64,000 nucleotides of DNA from an uncultured Gammaproteobacteria bacterium (GCA_964466835.1 CAYXNV010000003.1:517-64516); one strand, 5' to 3'; shown: positions 19,489 through 28,210, counted from the first letter of the stretch. Program-made: numbers and translations. The notes: generated by a model not told the origin, from the letters alone.

Positions 19489-19709
19489 TGAACTGGGCTC
19501 TTATTATTTCATTAATTGTTTTCGTGTGTTTATGTATAATCTATACGTTCCATCTCTACGAAAACTGGTCAATTAAAGGTTATTATTATTTAATGATAAT
19601 AACCGCAATTGATATCATCGCTCTTTTAATCGCTGAGTGGTGGCTTGGTTTAGGAATTTTATTAACATATTTCAGTTATATGTTTATAAAATGGAAATTC
19701 ATAAAATAA
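19488..19709 (+). CDS. small membrane protein (73 aa)
   Basis: The ATG at 19488 overlaps the upstream stop (TAATG). The product MNWALIISLIVFVCLCII... has two TM helices. The track ORF 19398..19709 is an out-of-frame-overlap extension. A terminator (AGCAGGT-cttgaa-ACCTGCT plus T7) follows at about 19723-19748. Confidence 0.45.
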   Translation: MNWALIISLIVFVCLCIIYTFHLYENWSIKGYYYLMIITAIDIIALLIAEWWLGLGILLTYFSYMFIKWKFIK

Positions 19710-19786
19710 TTGATACAACAAAAGCAGGTCTTGAAACCTGCTTTTTTTATATTGCTAAGTAAATATAGTTATGCTAAAATATCAAT

Positions 19787-20057
19787 ATAGCAAGGGTTGA
19801 AAATCTTTAATCAAGGTGAAAAGAAAAAGTTCTTTTTAAATAAATCTGCTTCCTCTGGATCTTTTTCAAGATTAGTGGCTAAGGCGAGCAGTGCCGATGC
19901 TCTAAGCGTGACTCAAGTGGTGAGAAAAGCTCTGTAGATTTAGCGAGGAAATAAATTTACATCTTTATTGATTTAAAATCTCAACATACAGAGAACAAAA
20001 ACACGCGGTAGACTTTTGCTTTTTTATAAATAAGTCCTGAATGAACAGGGCTTTTTT
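19787..20057 (+). ncRNA. candidate ~270-nt structured non-coding RNA of unknown class
   Basis: Upstream promoter TTGCTA (19752-19757)-N17-TAAAAT (19775-19780). The track shows no ORF of 60 aa or more here. The hand-counted line 19861-19920 is 50% GC. Possible closing helices are GTTGA/TCAAC and AATCAA/TTGATT between about 19796-19816 and 19962-19985. A GTCCTG-aatgaa-CAGGGC hairpin plus T6 lies at 20034-20057. Confidence 0.35.
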
Positions 20058-21228
20058 ATTCTCTCTCTAAAACTACAATTTCTCGATAGACTTTTTGTTT
20101 GGGGCGTCCGTAGATGAAAGTATTTCGTTTAGTTATTTTTATGAATTCATTATCAACTAAGTGCTCAGGTAAAGGGTTTATTATTTTAAAACCATTATGA
20201 TCTGGATTAATCAACTTAGAGCCATAGAAAACTGGCCAAATCATCACTACTCTCCCCTTGGGCTTTAGAACTTTAGAAAATTCTTGGAAGGCTTGAGAAT
20301 ATAATTGCTCCAAATTATCAATTACCTCTTTAAAATCAATTCTTCCTCTTTGGGGGCCAAGATATGGCTCAGTGATAATAGCGTCAACTGAATCATTTTT
20401 GATAAATTTAGATAAATCTAAAACATTTTTTACCAACAATTTAATTTTATTGCTCTCTAATTGATAGCTATCCCTAATCCACTCAATATTTTCTCTAGTA
20501 TTTTCAATTGCTTTTAGAGAAGAGTCGGAACCAACAAGATTTTTATAACTCCCTAACATTGCTTCGCTTAGAACTGTGCCGGAACCACAAAAAGGATCAA
20601 CAATTAAGTCATCTTCTTTGATCTGAGCTAAATTAATCATCACTTGAGCTAATTTGGGTGGAAGCATGCCAGATAAATCATCACGGGCTGGTCGACCATA
20701 GTCTCGTTTAGATAAATCTTTAAATGGTTGTACAGTTACAGTTTCACCAATTAAGACTTTATCATCTGTTTTAATTAAAATAATCTCTATTCCTCTTCTA
20801 AGCAACTTATTTTGAGTTACTACTACACTAGAAAGGGTTTTTTCGCGACTAACTACAAATCGTGAACTAATATTTTGCTCTTTAAAGTGTTTTTTTAATT
20901 TCAATCCTAAATCTTTTTTATTAAATTCTTTTTGACCATAACTTGAAATACCAAAGTTAAATTTTCCTTCTGGGCTCTCTGCTTTTTTATTACTAGCTAA
21001 CTCAGTTATTTTTGATAGTAAATCTTTCTCTGCAGTTTCACTTTTAATAATCCCTATTTTAATAATTCCCCCTAAATATTTAATCAATCTCTCAGGATTA
21101 ATTTCTTCATTAGTCTCTAATATCAAAAAGTCAGGCGCTAACAACTGCGCTGTCTTTAAATCAAGGACTGAATTTAATTCAGCCACCGACAGGGTAGTAT
21201 TTGTTCCTAAAACAAAAAAGTATTTCAT
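20056..21228 (-). CDS. SAM-dependent RNA methyltransferase (UPF0020/Trm11-like)
   Basis: 390-aa ORF with SAM motif I (VDPFCGSGTVLSEA), a catalytic-type motif ITEPYLG in place of the (D/N)PPY tetrad, and an N-terminal RNA-binding-like domain. Confidence 0.6.
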   Translation of the reverse strand: MKYFFVLGTNTTLSVAELNSVLDLKTAQLLAPDFLILETNEEINPERLIKYLGGIIKIGIIKSETAEKDLLSKITELASNKKAESPEGKFNFGISSYGQKEFNKKDLGLKLKKHFKEQNISSRFVVSREKTLSSVVVTQNKLLRRGIEIILIKTDDKVLIGETVTVQPFKDLSKRDYGRPARDDLSGMLPPKLAQVMINLAQIKEDDLIVDPFCGSGTVLSEAMLGSYKNLVGSDSSLKAIENTRENIEWIRDSYQLESNKIKLLVKNVLDLSKFIKNDSVDAIITEPYLGPQRGRIDFKEVIDNLEQLYSQAFQEFSKVLKPKGRVVMIWPVFYGSKLINPDHNGFKIINPLPEHLVDNEFIKITKRNTFIYGRPKQKVYREIVVLERE

Positions 21229-21257
21229 ATCGCTATCATATCCTAATAATTCAACTC

Positions 21258-21487
21258 TTGCAATTTATAATTCTTTATGTTAAATTAGATGGACAAAGAA
21301 ATATTAATAATATCTTTCCCATATCTTGGTGATTATCAAGATAATTCCGCTAATATTAATCGGGATTAAAGGTGTTCTAAGCCCCAAAGATCTTGGAATA
21401 CTTGGGGATTTTATTTAATTAGCAGGAGTTTAGAAATTGTTTAGAATTTTGTTAAATAATTTTTAGGTTCCATAAGGTAAAATAATT
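21258..21487 (+). promoter_or_regulatory. rpsF operon promoter plus ~195-nt structured leader (possible S6:S18 autoregulatory leader)
   Basis: TTGCAA (21258-21263)-N17-TAAATT (21281-21286). The leader contains the hairpins ATCTTG...CAAGAT and CCCCAA...TTGGGG (21382-21407), the latter followed by ATTTTATTT. Confidence 0.3.
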
Positions 21488-21985
21488 ATGTCAAAAACAA
21501 AATTTACTGGATCTACTCATTACGAGATTTTATTCATTGTTCCCAACAAATTCACTGAAGATGAGGCTAAAACTATCGCTGATAACATTAAAAAGATAAT
21601 TACCGATAATAGTGGCCAAATTACTCATGATGAATATTGGGGAAAGAAACGTTTAGCCTATGAGATAAATCATAATAGTTATGGTTACTATGGTTTATTT
21701 GAATTTGACCTAGAAGGGGAAAATTTAGCTAAGATCGATAAAGCCCTGCGTTTATCAGCTGATGTTCTTCGTCACCAGATAGTTAAAAAGAAAGTTAAAA
21801 CTGGTGAAGAAGTAGAGCGTGAAGAAAAAATTAGAGCTAAAATCGATTCTAAAAAAGCAGCCGAAGAAAAAGAGAAAAAAGAAGCTGAGTCTACTAAAAC
21901 TAAAAGTAAAACTGAGAAGAAAGTTGACTTAAAAGACTTAGATGAAAAATTAGAAGGCATTTTAAATGCTGATGATTTAATTTAA
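21488..21985 (+). CDS. rpsF: 30S ribosomal protein S6 with a K/E-rich C-terminal extension
   Basis: HYEILFIV...WGKKRLAYEI is typical of S6, and the gene sits in the conserved rpsF-ssb-rpsR order. About 60 extra Lys/Glu-rich residues extend the C-terminus. Confidence 0.9.
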   Translation: MSKTKFTGSTHYEILFIVPNKFTEDEAKTIADNIKKIITDNSGQITHDEYWGKKRLAYEINHNSYGYYGLFEFDLEGENLAKIDKALRLSADVLRHQIVKKKVKTGEEVEREEKIRAKIDSKKAAEEKEKKEAESTKTKSKTEKKVDLKDLDEKLEGILNADDLI

Positions 21986-22031
21986 TTAACATATAGTTCT
22001 ATATCTTTTGTTATAGGCTATTCAAAAAAAT

Positions 22032-22469
22032 ATGAATTTAAACAAAGCCATGGTAATTGGCAACCTAACCAGAGATCCGGAGATGAGAACAACTCCCTCT
22101 GGTCAAAATGTAGCTTCTTTTTCAGTCGCTACCAACCTGGTCTGGACTGATCAAAGCGGTCAGCAACAAAAGAAAGCTGAATTTCATAATATTGTTGCTT
22201 GGCGTAAGCTAGCTGAGATTTGTGGGCAATATCTTCATAAAGGCTCTAAAGTCTATATTGAAGGACGATTACAAACCACTGATTGGACTGGCCAAGATGG
22301 AGTAAAACGCTATCGAACTGAAATTGTGGCTGAAAACATGATTATGTTAGATGGTAAAAAAAGTGATGTTGGAGCTCCTGCGGGAGAAGAAGCTGTTATT
22401 GAAATTCCTGATGAACCAAGTGATGAACCTAACGAAGAAGAAATTAAAGTGGAGGATATCCCTTTCTAA
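22032..22469 (+). CDS. ssb: single-stranded DNA-binding protein
   Basis: OB-fold N-terminus (MNLNKAMVIGNLTRDPEMRTTPSG) and an acidic tail ending EDIPF. Confidence 0.92.
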   Translation: MNLNKAMVIGNLTRDPEMRTTPSGQNVASFSVATNLVWTDQSGQQQKKAEFHNIVAWRKLAEICGQYLHKGSKVYIEGRLQTTDWTGQDGVKRYRTEIVAENMIMLDGKKSDVGAPAGEEAVIEIPDEPSDEPNEEEIKVEDIPF

Positions 22470-22486
22470 AAAATAATTAAATAAAT

Positions 22487-22702
22487 ATGGTAAACACTAA
22501 AAAGAAAAAAGAGTGCTATTTTTGTGTTAACAACTTAGAGGTTGACTATAAAGATACCAGAACCCTAAGACGTTTCGTTAATTTCTATATGAAAATCCTG
22601 CCTGGAAAACGAACCGGAGTTTGTGCTTGGCATCAAAGAAAATTAGCCACTGCTATTAAACGTTCTCGCATTATGGCTCTTTTGTCTCACACCCACAGAT
22701 AA
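22487..22702 (+). CDS. rpsR: 30S ribosomal protein S18
   Basis: 71-aa ORF with the pattern DYKD...LRRF....KILP.R.TG.CA.HQR.LA.AIKR.R. Confidence 0.92.
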   Translation: MVNTKKKKECYFCVNNLEVDYKDTRTLRRFVNFYMKILPGKRTGVCAWHQRKLATAIKRSRIMALLSHTHR

Positions 22703-22720
22703 TTAATTTAACTGAAAACT

Positions 22721-23278
22721 ATGTTAAATTTTAACGAAATTAAAACTGGGAAAGTTATTAAAGTTAATAATGATCCTTATGTTATTATAAAAGCTGATCA
22801 TCATCAAATGGGAAGAGGAGGAGCTGTGCTTAGAACTAAATGTCGTAATTTAATTAATGGTAATGTATTAGAAAAGACTTTCCAGGGGACAGAAAAAGCT
22901 GAAGAGGCAGAAACTAAAACAAAAAAAGCTAACTTCATGTATAAAGATAAAGATGGCGCCCATTTTATGGATAATGAAAGCTACGAGCAATTTAATTTTC
23001 CTTTAGACGAAATCGGGGAAAGCGTCAAATTCCTTAAAGAAGGTGTTGATGCTGATGTCCTATACTTTGAAGGTCAGCCAGTAACCATTAACTTACCTGT
23101 TAAAATGGAATTTAAAGTAATCAGTGCTCCACCTAGTGTTAAAGGGAATTCAGCTGGCAATGTTAATAAGGTGGTTGAAATTGAAACTGGCGCCAGCATA
23201 TCAGTTCCCCTGTTTATAAACGAAGGTGATATAATTAGAGTTAATACTGAGACTGGTGAATATGTAGAAAGAGTTTAA
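22721..23278 (+). CDS. efp: elongation factor P (Arg at the modified-loop tip)
   Basis: 185-aa ORF with the three-domain EF-P pattern and a C-terminus ...VNTETGEYVERV. The loop reads HHQMGRGGAVLRTK, with R32 (codon AGA at 22814-22816). Confidence 0.9.
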   Translation: MLNFNEIKTGKVIKVNNDPYVIIKADHHQMGRGGAVLRTKCRNLINGNVLEKTFQGTEKAEEAETKTKKANFMYKDKDGAHFMDNESYEQFNFPLDEIGESVKFLKEGVDADVLYFEGQPVTINLPVKMEFKVISAPPSVKGNSAGNVNKVVEIETGASISVPLFINEGDIIRVNTETGEYVERV

Positions 23279-23345
23279 GATAAAATCGCTCCTCAAGGGA
23301 GCGATTTTTGTTTGTTTTTATCGCCAGTGATATAATATAAATAAT

Positions 23346-24734
23346 ATGACTATTCTAATAATCCTATCCTTGATCTTCTTTCTAACCATAGCGTTAACTC
23401 GTTTAGATTTAGCTTTGCTTTTTCTAGTTGCCACTCTACCCTCCTATCTAATCCGCTTTCAAGTATTGGGTGTGCCTTCTACTTTACTAGAAGCAATGAT
23501 TTTAATTTGTTTTGCTGTTTGGTTTTTCAAAACAATTGCTCCTAAATTTAAAACTTGGTGGGGAAATCGTAAGAAAAGAATTCCCTATCCCTTTTCTTGG
23601 GAAATTATATTGCTGATTATTATTGCTTTCATTGCCGCTGGTGTAGCTGGCTTCAAGCCAAGCGCTTTAGGTATTTGGAAAGCCTATTTCTTTGAGCCAA
23701 TTCTATTGTTTATTTTAATTTTGAATGTTTTTAAGCATAAAAAAGATTGGCAAAAAATATTTTGGGCTTTTTTAGTCTCAGCTGCCACCGTGTCTTTCTT
23801 GGCTATCTTTCAAAAAATAACTGGTCAATATATTTTTAATGAATTTTGGGCACAGACAGAAATGCGACGAGTAGTTTCTTGGTTTGGTTATCCTAATGCA
23901 ATTGGTTTATACTTAGCTCCCCTGATCATGCTCTTTATTGGCTGGTTCTTCTATCTACCAAAACGCACTACTCTGATTAAAGCTCTAAAAAAACTATTAA
24001 TTATTATTGTGGTCGCTAGTTCAATCTTAGCAATTTACTTTGCTCATTCTGAAGGAGCTTTAATCGCCCTAATTGCCGGTCTAATTATTTTTGGTCTATT
24101 CGCTGGCAGAAAACAAAGGATAGCAACTATAATTATTGCCCTAGTAATTGTAACTGGAATAACCATCTATCCTCCCACTAAAAATTATACTGTCAATAAA
24201 CTCACTTTAAGTGATCTTTCAGGGAAAATTAGACAACAACAGTGGCAAGAAACTTGGCAAATGTTGAAAGATGGTCGTATTCTAAGTGGTACTGGCCTAG
24301 ATAGTTATCAAGAAGTGATAAAACCATATCATCAAGAAGGAATTTTTTATAATAGTGATAACATGGCCAATTTTGATAGCCGTTTATATGGCAGTGCTGA
24401 ACTCAGAGCTAAATATTGGCAACCAGTAGAAATATATCTCTATCCTCATAATATCTTTTTAAATTTCTGGAGTGAATTAGGTTTATTAGGAGCTCTATTA
24501 TTCACTTGGTTGGTAATAAAATATCTATTAATATCCACCAAGTTAGTAAAACATCTCAATAAAGAAAACAAAAAGGAAAAGTATTTAATCCTAGGATTAT
24601 TGGGAGCAATGATAACTATAGTTGTTCATGGCTTAGTAGATGTCCCCTACTTTAAAAATGATTTAGCAGCCATGTTCTGGATATTACTAGCTCTATTAGG
24701 ATCATTTAATCTTTATTATAAAAAATCAAAATAA
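23346..24734 (+). CDS. O-antigen ligase/polymerase-like (Wzy_C-type) polytopic membrane protein
   Basis: 462-aa ORF with at least 10 TM segments and a large periplasmic loop, which is the typical architecture. Confidence 0.55.
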   Translation: MTILIILSLIFFLTIALTRLDLALLFLVATLPSYLIRFQVLGVPSTLLEAMILICFAVWFFKTIAPKFKTWWGNRKKRIPYPFSWEIILLIIIAFIAAGVAGFKPSALGIWKAYFFEPILLFILILNVFKHKKDWQKIFWAFLVSAATVSFLAIFQKITGQYIFNEFWAQTEMRRVVSWFGYPNAIGLYLAPLIMLFIGWFFYLPKRTTLIKALKKLLIIIVVASSILAIYFAHSEGALIALIAGLIIFGLFAGRKQRIATIIIALVIVTGITIYPPTKNYTVNKLTLSDLSGKIRQQQWQETWQMLKDGRILSGTGLDSYQEVIKPYHQEGIFYNSDNMANFDSRLYGSAELRAKYWQPVEIYLYPHNIFLNFWSELGLLGALLFTWLVIKYLLISTKLVKHLNKENKKEKYLILGLLGAMITIVVHGLVDVPYFKNDLAAMFWILLALLGSFNLYYKKSK

Positions 24735-24738
24735 ACTT

Positions 24739-25053
24739 ATGAAAAATTCAAAACTATTCCTGCGAGGAATACTAAATTCATTAGGTGTTATCGCCTATGT
24801 CTTTCTTTTGGTCTTGGTGATGAACAGTGCTCAAGACATATTTAAAGCAGAAAATGAGCTTATTGCTCCGATGATATTTTTGATTCTTTTTGTCTTCTCA
24901 GCCTTAATAACTGGTGCTTTAATTCTGGGGCGACCAATCACCCTCTATCTAAATGGAGCTAAAAAAGAAGGACTTAAATTACTTTTCTATACTGGAATCA
25001 GTCTCTTTATTCTTCTCGCAATTGCTTTTGTTGTTTTGTTTCTAACAAAATAA
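24739..25053 (+). CDS. small membrane protein, unknown function
   Basis: 104-aa ORF with three hydrophobic helices. It starts 5 nt after the upstream gene. Confidence 0.5.
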   Translation: MKNSKLFLRGILNSLGVIAYVFLLVLVMNSAQDIFKAENELIAPMIFLILFVFSALITGALILGRPITLYLNGAKKEGLKLLFYTGISLFILLAIAFVVLFLTK

Positions 25054-25059
25054 AATATC

Positions 25060-25893
25060 ATGAAAAAATCAATTTTAATCACTGGTGCCTCTTCTGGGAT
25101 TGGCAAATATTCAGCTGAACTACTAGCTAAACGAGACTGGATAGTTTGGGCTGGCTACAGAAAAGAGACTGATCGAAAAAGACTATTGCAAACTGGGTTA
25201 AAAAGAATAAAACCAATTAAAATTGATGTCACAGATGAAAAAACAATCATCAAGGCCAAAGAAATTATTATTAAATCAAAAACACCTTTACATGCTTTAT
25301 TTAACAACGCCGGAGTAGCTTTGGGCGCACCAGTTGAAGCTCTAGATATCCAAGAAATTAAAAGTCTCTATGAAGTTAATTTTTTTGGGGTGATAAGGAT
25401 GACTAAAACTTTCTTGCCATTATTAAGAGAGTCTTCAGGAAGAATTATTAACATGAGCTCAATGTCTGGAAGAATCTGCTTTCCCTTTATGTCCCCCTAT
25501 TCTTCCTCTAAATATGCCCTAGAATCACTGTCTGACGGATTAAGAAGAGAAATAAAGGGACAAGGGGTGAAAGTAGCTATAATTCAACCAGGGATTATCA
25601 AAACTGCTATTTGGGAAAAGTCAATTACTAAATCAAAAAAAGCAATTGAAAATTCTGAAATTCTAGACATATACCAGCCAGCCCTAGATAAATTCCTTAA
25701 CAAATCAGAAAATAATGATAGATATGCTGTGCCAATAGAAAAGCTGGGGAAAGCAATTATTGATGCAGCTGAGAATAAAAAACCAAAAACAAGATATCTG
25801 GTAACAAAAAATAATTTAGTTATTAAAATAATGTTGAAAATCTTACCAGACAAAACTAAGGATTTCCTTTTAAAATTAATAATTAACGGTTAA
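25060..25893 (+). CDS. short-chain dehydrogenase/reductase (SDR)
   Basis: TGASSGIG cofactor motif, NNAG, and the catalytic YSSSK. Confidence 0.88.
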   Translation: MKKSILITGASSGIGKYSAELLAKRDWIVWAGYRKETDRKRLLQTGLKRIKPIKIDVTDEKTIIKAKEIIIKSKTPLHALFNNAGVALGAPVEALDIQEIKSLYEVNFFGVIRMTKTFLPLLRESSGRIINMSSMSGRICFPFMSPYSSSKYALESLSDGLRREIKGQGVKVAIIQPGIIKTAIWEKSITKSKKAIENSEILDIYQPALDKFLNKSENNDRYAVPIEKLGKAIIDAAENKKPKTRYLVTKNNLVIKIMLKILPDKTKDFLLKLIING

Positions 25894-25948
25894 ATTAAAT
25901 AAACAAAAAACCCCTGGTAGAGGGGTTTTTTTGTTTTTATTTCAAAAA

Positions 25949-26326
25949 CTAGATAACAGAAAATCCGAGAAGAGCTAAAACAATACCGATAATTAAAACA
26001 ATAATTCCTTTAGCCATCATGCCTTTTTTGCAAGAACTAGCCATATTAACCATGGCTTTAGGAAATAGGAAAAGAAGCATACCTTTGACTAAGGATAGCC
26101 AACCCAGAATAGTGATGACTAAAGACCAGCTCCATTCCCAAACGTTAAAAAAGGTCACTAGCAAAAAACCAACTACAAAAGCTAAGGCGCCAGCAAAATA
26201 AACAGACATTGGCTGCTCAGAAAGGCTAGCCATTATTTTTTTGTAGAAACCTGGGTTTATTAAAATGCCAAGACCAATGGCAAGGTAAGCTAACCCAAAA
26301 GCTTGAAAAACTTGTGTTTCCAGCAT
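25949..26326 (-). CDS. membrane protein, unknown function
   Basis: 125-aa ORF with four hydrophobic helices. The terminator at about 25908-25935 is shared with the SDR gene. Confidence 0.5.
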   Translation of the reverse strand: MLETQVFQAFGLAYLAIGLGILINPGFYKKIMASLSEQPMSVYFAGALAFVVGFLLVTFFNVWEWSWSLVITILGWLSLVKGMLLFLFPKAMVNMASSCKKGMMAKGIIVLIIGIVLALLGFSVI

Positions 26327-26439
26327 AGATTTTTTGTTAAATTAATATATTTACGCCTTTATTATACCATAAAATACTATTTCTAACAATTCACGAAGTC
26401 TGGTATAATATAAATAGTAAATTTAATAAATTAAAGCAT

Positions 26440-27459
26440 ATGAAAAAAATAAATATAGTTTTCTTTGAGACTGAGAAGTGGGAGAAAGAATATTTAGAAA
26501 AAAAACTAAAGAATATTAAAAATATATCATATTCTTTCTTTGCTGACTCTTTGAAAGATAAAGATATTACAAAAATAAAGAATACCAACATCTTAGTACC
26601 CTTTATCTATTCACAAATAACCAAAGAAGTGATTGAAAAACTACCTAACCTGAAATATATTACTACCATGTCAACTGGATTTGACCATATTGACCTGGAA
26701 ACATGTAAGGCTAAGGGCATAAAAGTAAGTAATGTCCCCTTCTATGGCGAGAATACCGTAGCAGAACATACTTTTGCTCTTATTTTTGCTCTATCAAGAC
26801 GATTGTTAGAGTCAGTTGCCAGAACTAACACCGGAAGTTTCTCGCCCGATGGTTTAATGGGCTTTGATCTTAAAGATAAAACAATCGGAATTATTGGCTT
26901 GGGCCACATTGGCGCCCATGTTGCCAAAATTGCTCATGGTTTAGACATGAAAATCCTGGCCTATGACCCCTATCCAGATAAAAAACTGACTAAGAAGTAT
27001 AAAATAAAATATACTACCCTTAACAATCTCCTTAGAAACTCTGATATTATCAGCCTTCACGCCCCCTATAACAAAAAAACTCATCACTTGATTAATAAAA
27101 CCAATATTAAGAATATTAAGTCCGGTTCCTATTTGATTAACACTTCTCGTGGTGGATTAGTGGATACGGAGGCCTTGTTAATTGCTCTCCAAAAGAATAT
27201 TATTGCTGGAGCTGGTTTAGATGTATTAGAAGAAGAACATTTCATTAAAGAAGAAAAAGAACTTCTAGCTAAGCCCTTCCAAAAGAAAACTAATCTCAAA
27301 ACTGTTCTTCAGAGTCATCTTCTGGTTAAAGATCCTCGAGTAATCGTCACCCCTCATAACGCCTTCAACTCTAAAGAGGCTTTGGAGAGAATCTTGGATA
27401 CCACCGTGGACAATATCAAGGCTTTTACTAAGAAGAAATTCATTAATAAAGTGAAATAG
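26440..27459 (+). CDS. D-isomer-specific 2-hydroxyacid dehydrogenase family (NAD-binding)
   Basis: 339-aa ORF with GIIGLGHIGAHVA (GxGxxG), NTSRGGLVD, and the catalytic-region pattern LDV...E and TPH. Confidence 0.85.
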   Translation: MKKINIVFFETEKWEKEYLEKKLKNIKNISYSFFADSLKDKDITKIKNTNILVPFIYSQITKEVIEKLPNLKYITTMSTGFDHIDLETCKAKGIKVSNVPFYGENTVAEHTFALIFALSRRLLESVARTNTGSFSPDGLMGFDLKDKTIGIIGLGHIGAHVAKIAHGLDMKILAYDPYPDKKLTKKYKIKYTTLNNLLRNSDIISLHAPYNKKTHHLINKTNIKNIKSGSYLINTSRGGLVDTEALLIALQKNIIAGAGLDVLEEEHFIKEEKELLAKPFQKKTNLKTVLQSHLLVKDPRVIVTPHNAFNSKEALERILDTTVDNIKAFTKKKFINKVK

Positions 27460-27519
27460 AATTAACATGAAATACAAAAAAACAAGCTAAACACTTGTTT
27501 TTTTGTATATATTATGCTA

Positions 27520-27763
27520 ACATTACCATACCTCGTAACCGTTACCTTAGCATCCCCTTGGACGGTTCAATATTATGAGATTATTAGGGGCTTCAAAAAA
27601 ACAGACCTGAAAGTATCTAGGGTCGCGTAAGAAGTTATTGCTAAATCATCCTGCCCATTATCCTTGAACAAGGGTATTAGCCTGATGTGGGGCAGTGAAA
27701 AGGGCCAACGCTGATCGGGTCCTAAACTAAAGTGGGGCTCTTCCAATTTTGGAGCCCCATTTT
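27520..27763 (+). promoter_or_regulatory. GC-enriched structured leader ending in a hairpin plus short T-tract, directly 5' of an SD-ATG (riboswitch/attenuator or sRNA candidate)
   Basis: Pairings visible by eye are AACCGT/ACGGTT (27535-27540 / 27562-27567), CTGCCC/GGGCAG (27650-27655 / 27690-27695), ATCCTT-gaac-AAGGGT, and GGGGCTC (27734-27740)/GAGCCCC (27752-27758) followed by ATTTT. A strong AGGAGG SD follows at 27803-27808. Confidence 0.3.
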
Positions 27764-27812
27764 CCCAGAAAATAACACAACTAAATATCTATCATTTAAA
27801 AAAGGAGGGGTT

Positions 27813-28130
27813 ATGGAAAAATCCATATTTCTAGCTGATGATTGCTTGGCCAGGATAGGAGATTTTGTTACCTGGCTCGATCCTGAATCATTTACCTTGG
27901 GTTCTAAGAAAAAATTTGAACAAGTAAGTTATATAAAAACTTACGGAGAAAGACCATTCGAGGTAACTGATATTGATGAAAAAGAAAAAAAAGTGACAAT
28001 TGCTATCCACGAAATGGAAATCGAAGTTGATTCTTTTCGCTTGAAGATCGCTGGTCAGCAACAATTTGCTAAAAAAGGAACGAAAAAAACATTATCGTTC
28101 AAACTAGGCTCCCTAGTAATCGCATTCTAG
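27813..28130 (+). CDS. small cytoplasmic protein (105 aa), unknown function
   Basis: The ATG at 27813 is preceded by AAAGGAGGGG. The track ORF (27732, GTG) runs through the upstream hairpin and is probably over-extended. A terminator (GCGGCTC-acaa-GAGTCGC plus T6) follows. Line 27841-27900 is 45% GC by hand count. Confidence 0.55.
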   Translation: MEKSIFLADDCLARIGDFVTWLDPESFTLGSKKKFEQVSYIKTYGERPFEVTDIDEKEKKVTIAIHEMEIEVDSFRLKIAGQQQFAKKGTKKTLSFKLGSLVIAF

Positions 28131-28210
28131 CGGCTCACAAGAGTCGCTTTTTTATATAAACAAAAACCGAGTTATAGACTCAGTTTAATAAATATAAAAA
28201 ATTTTTATTT

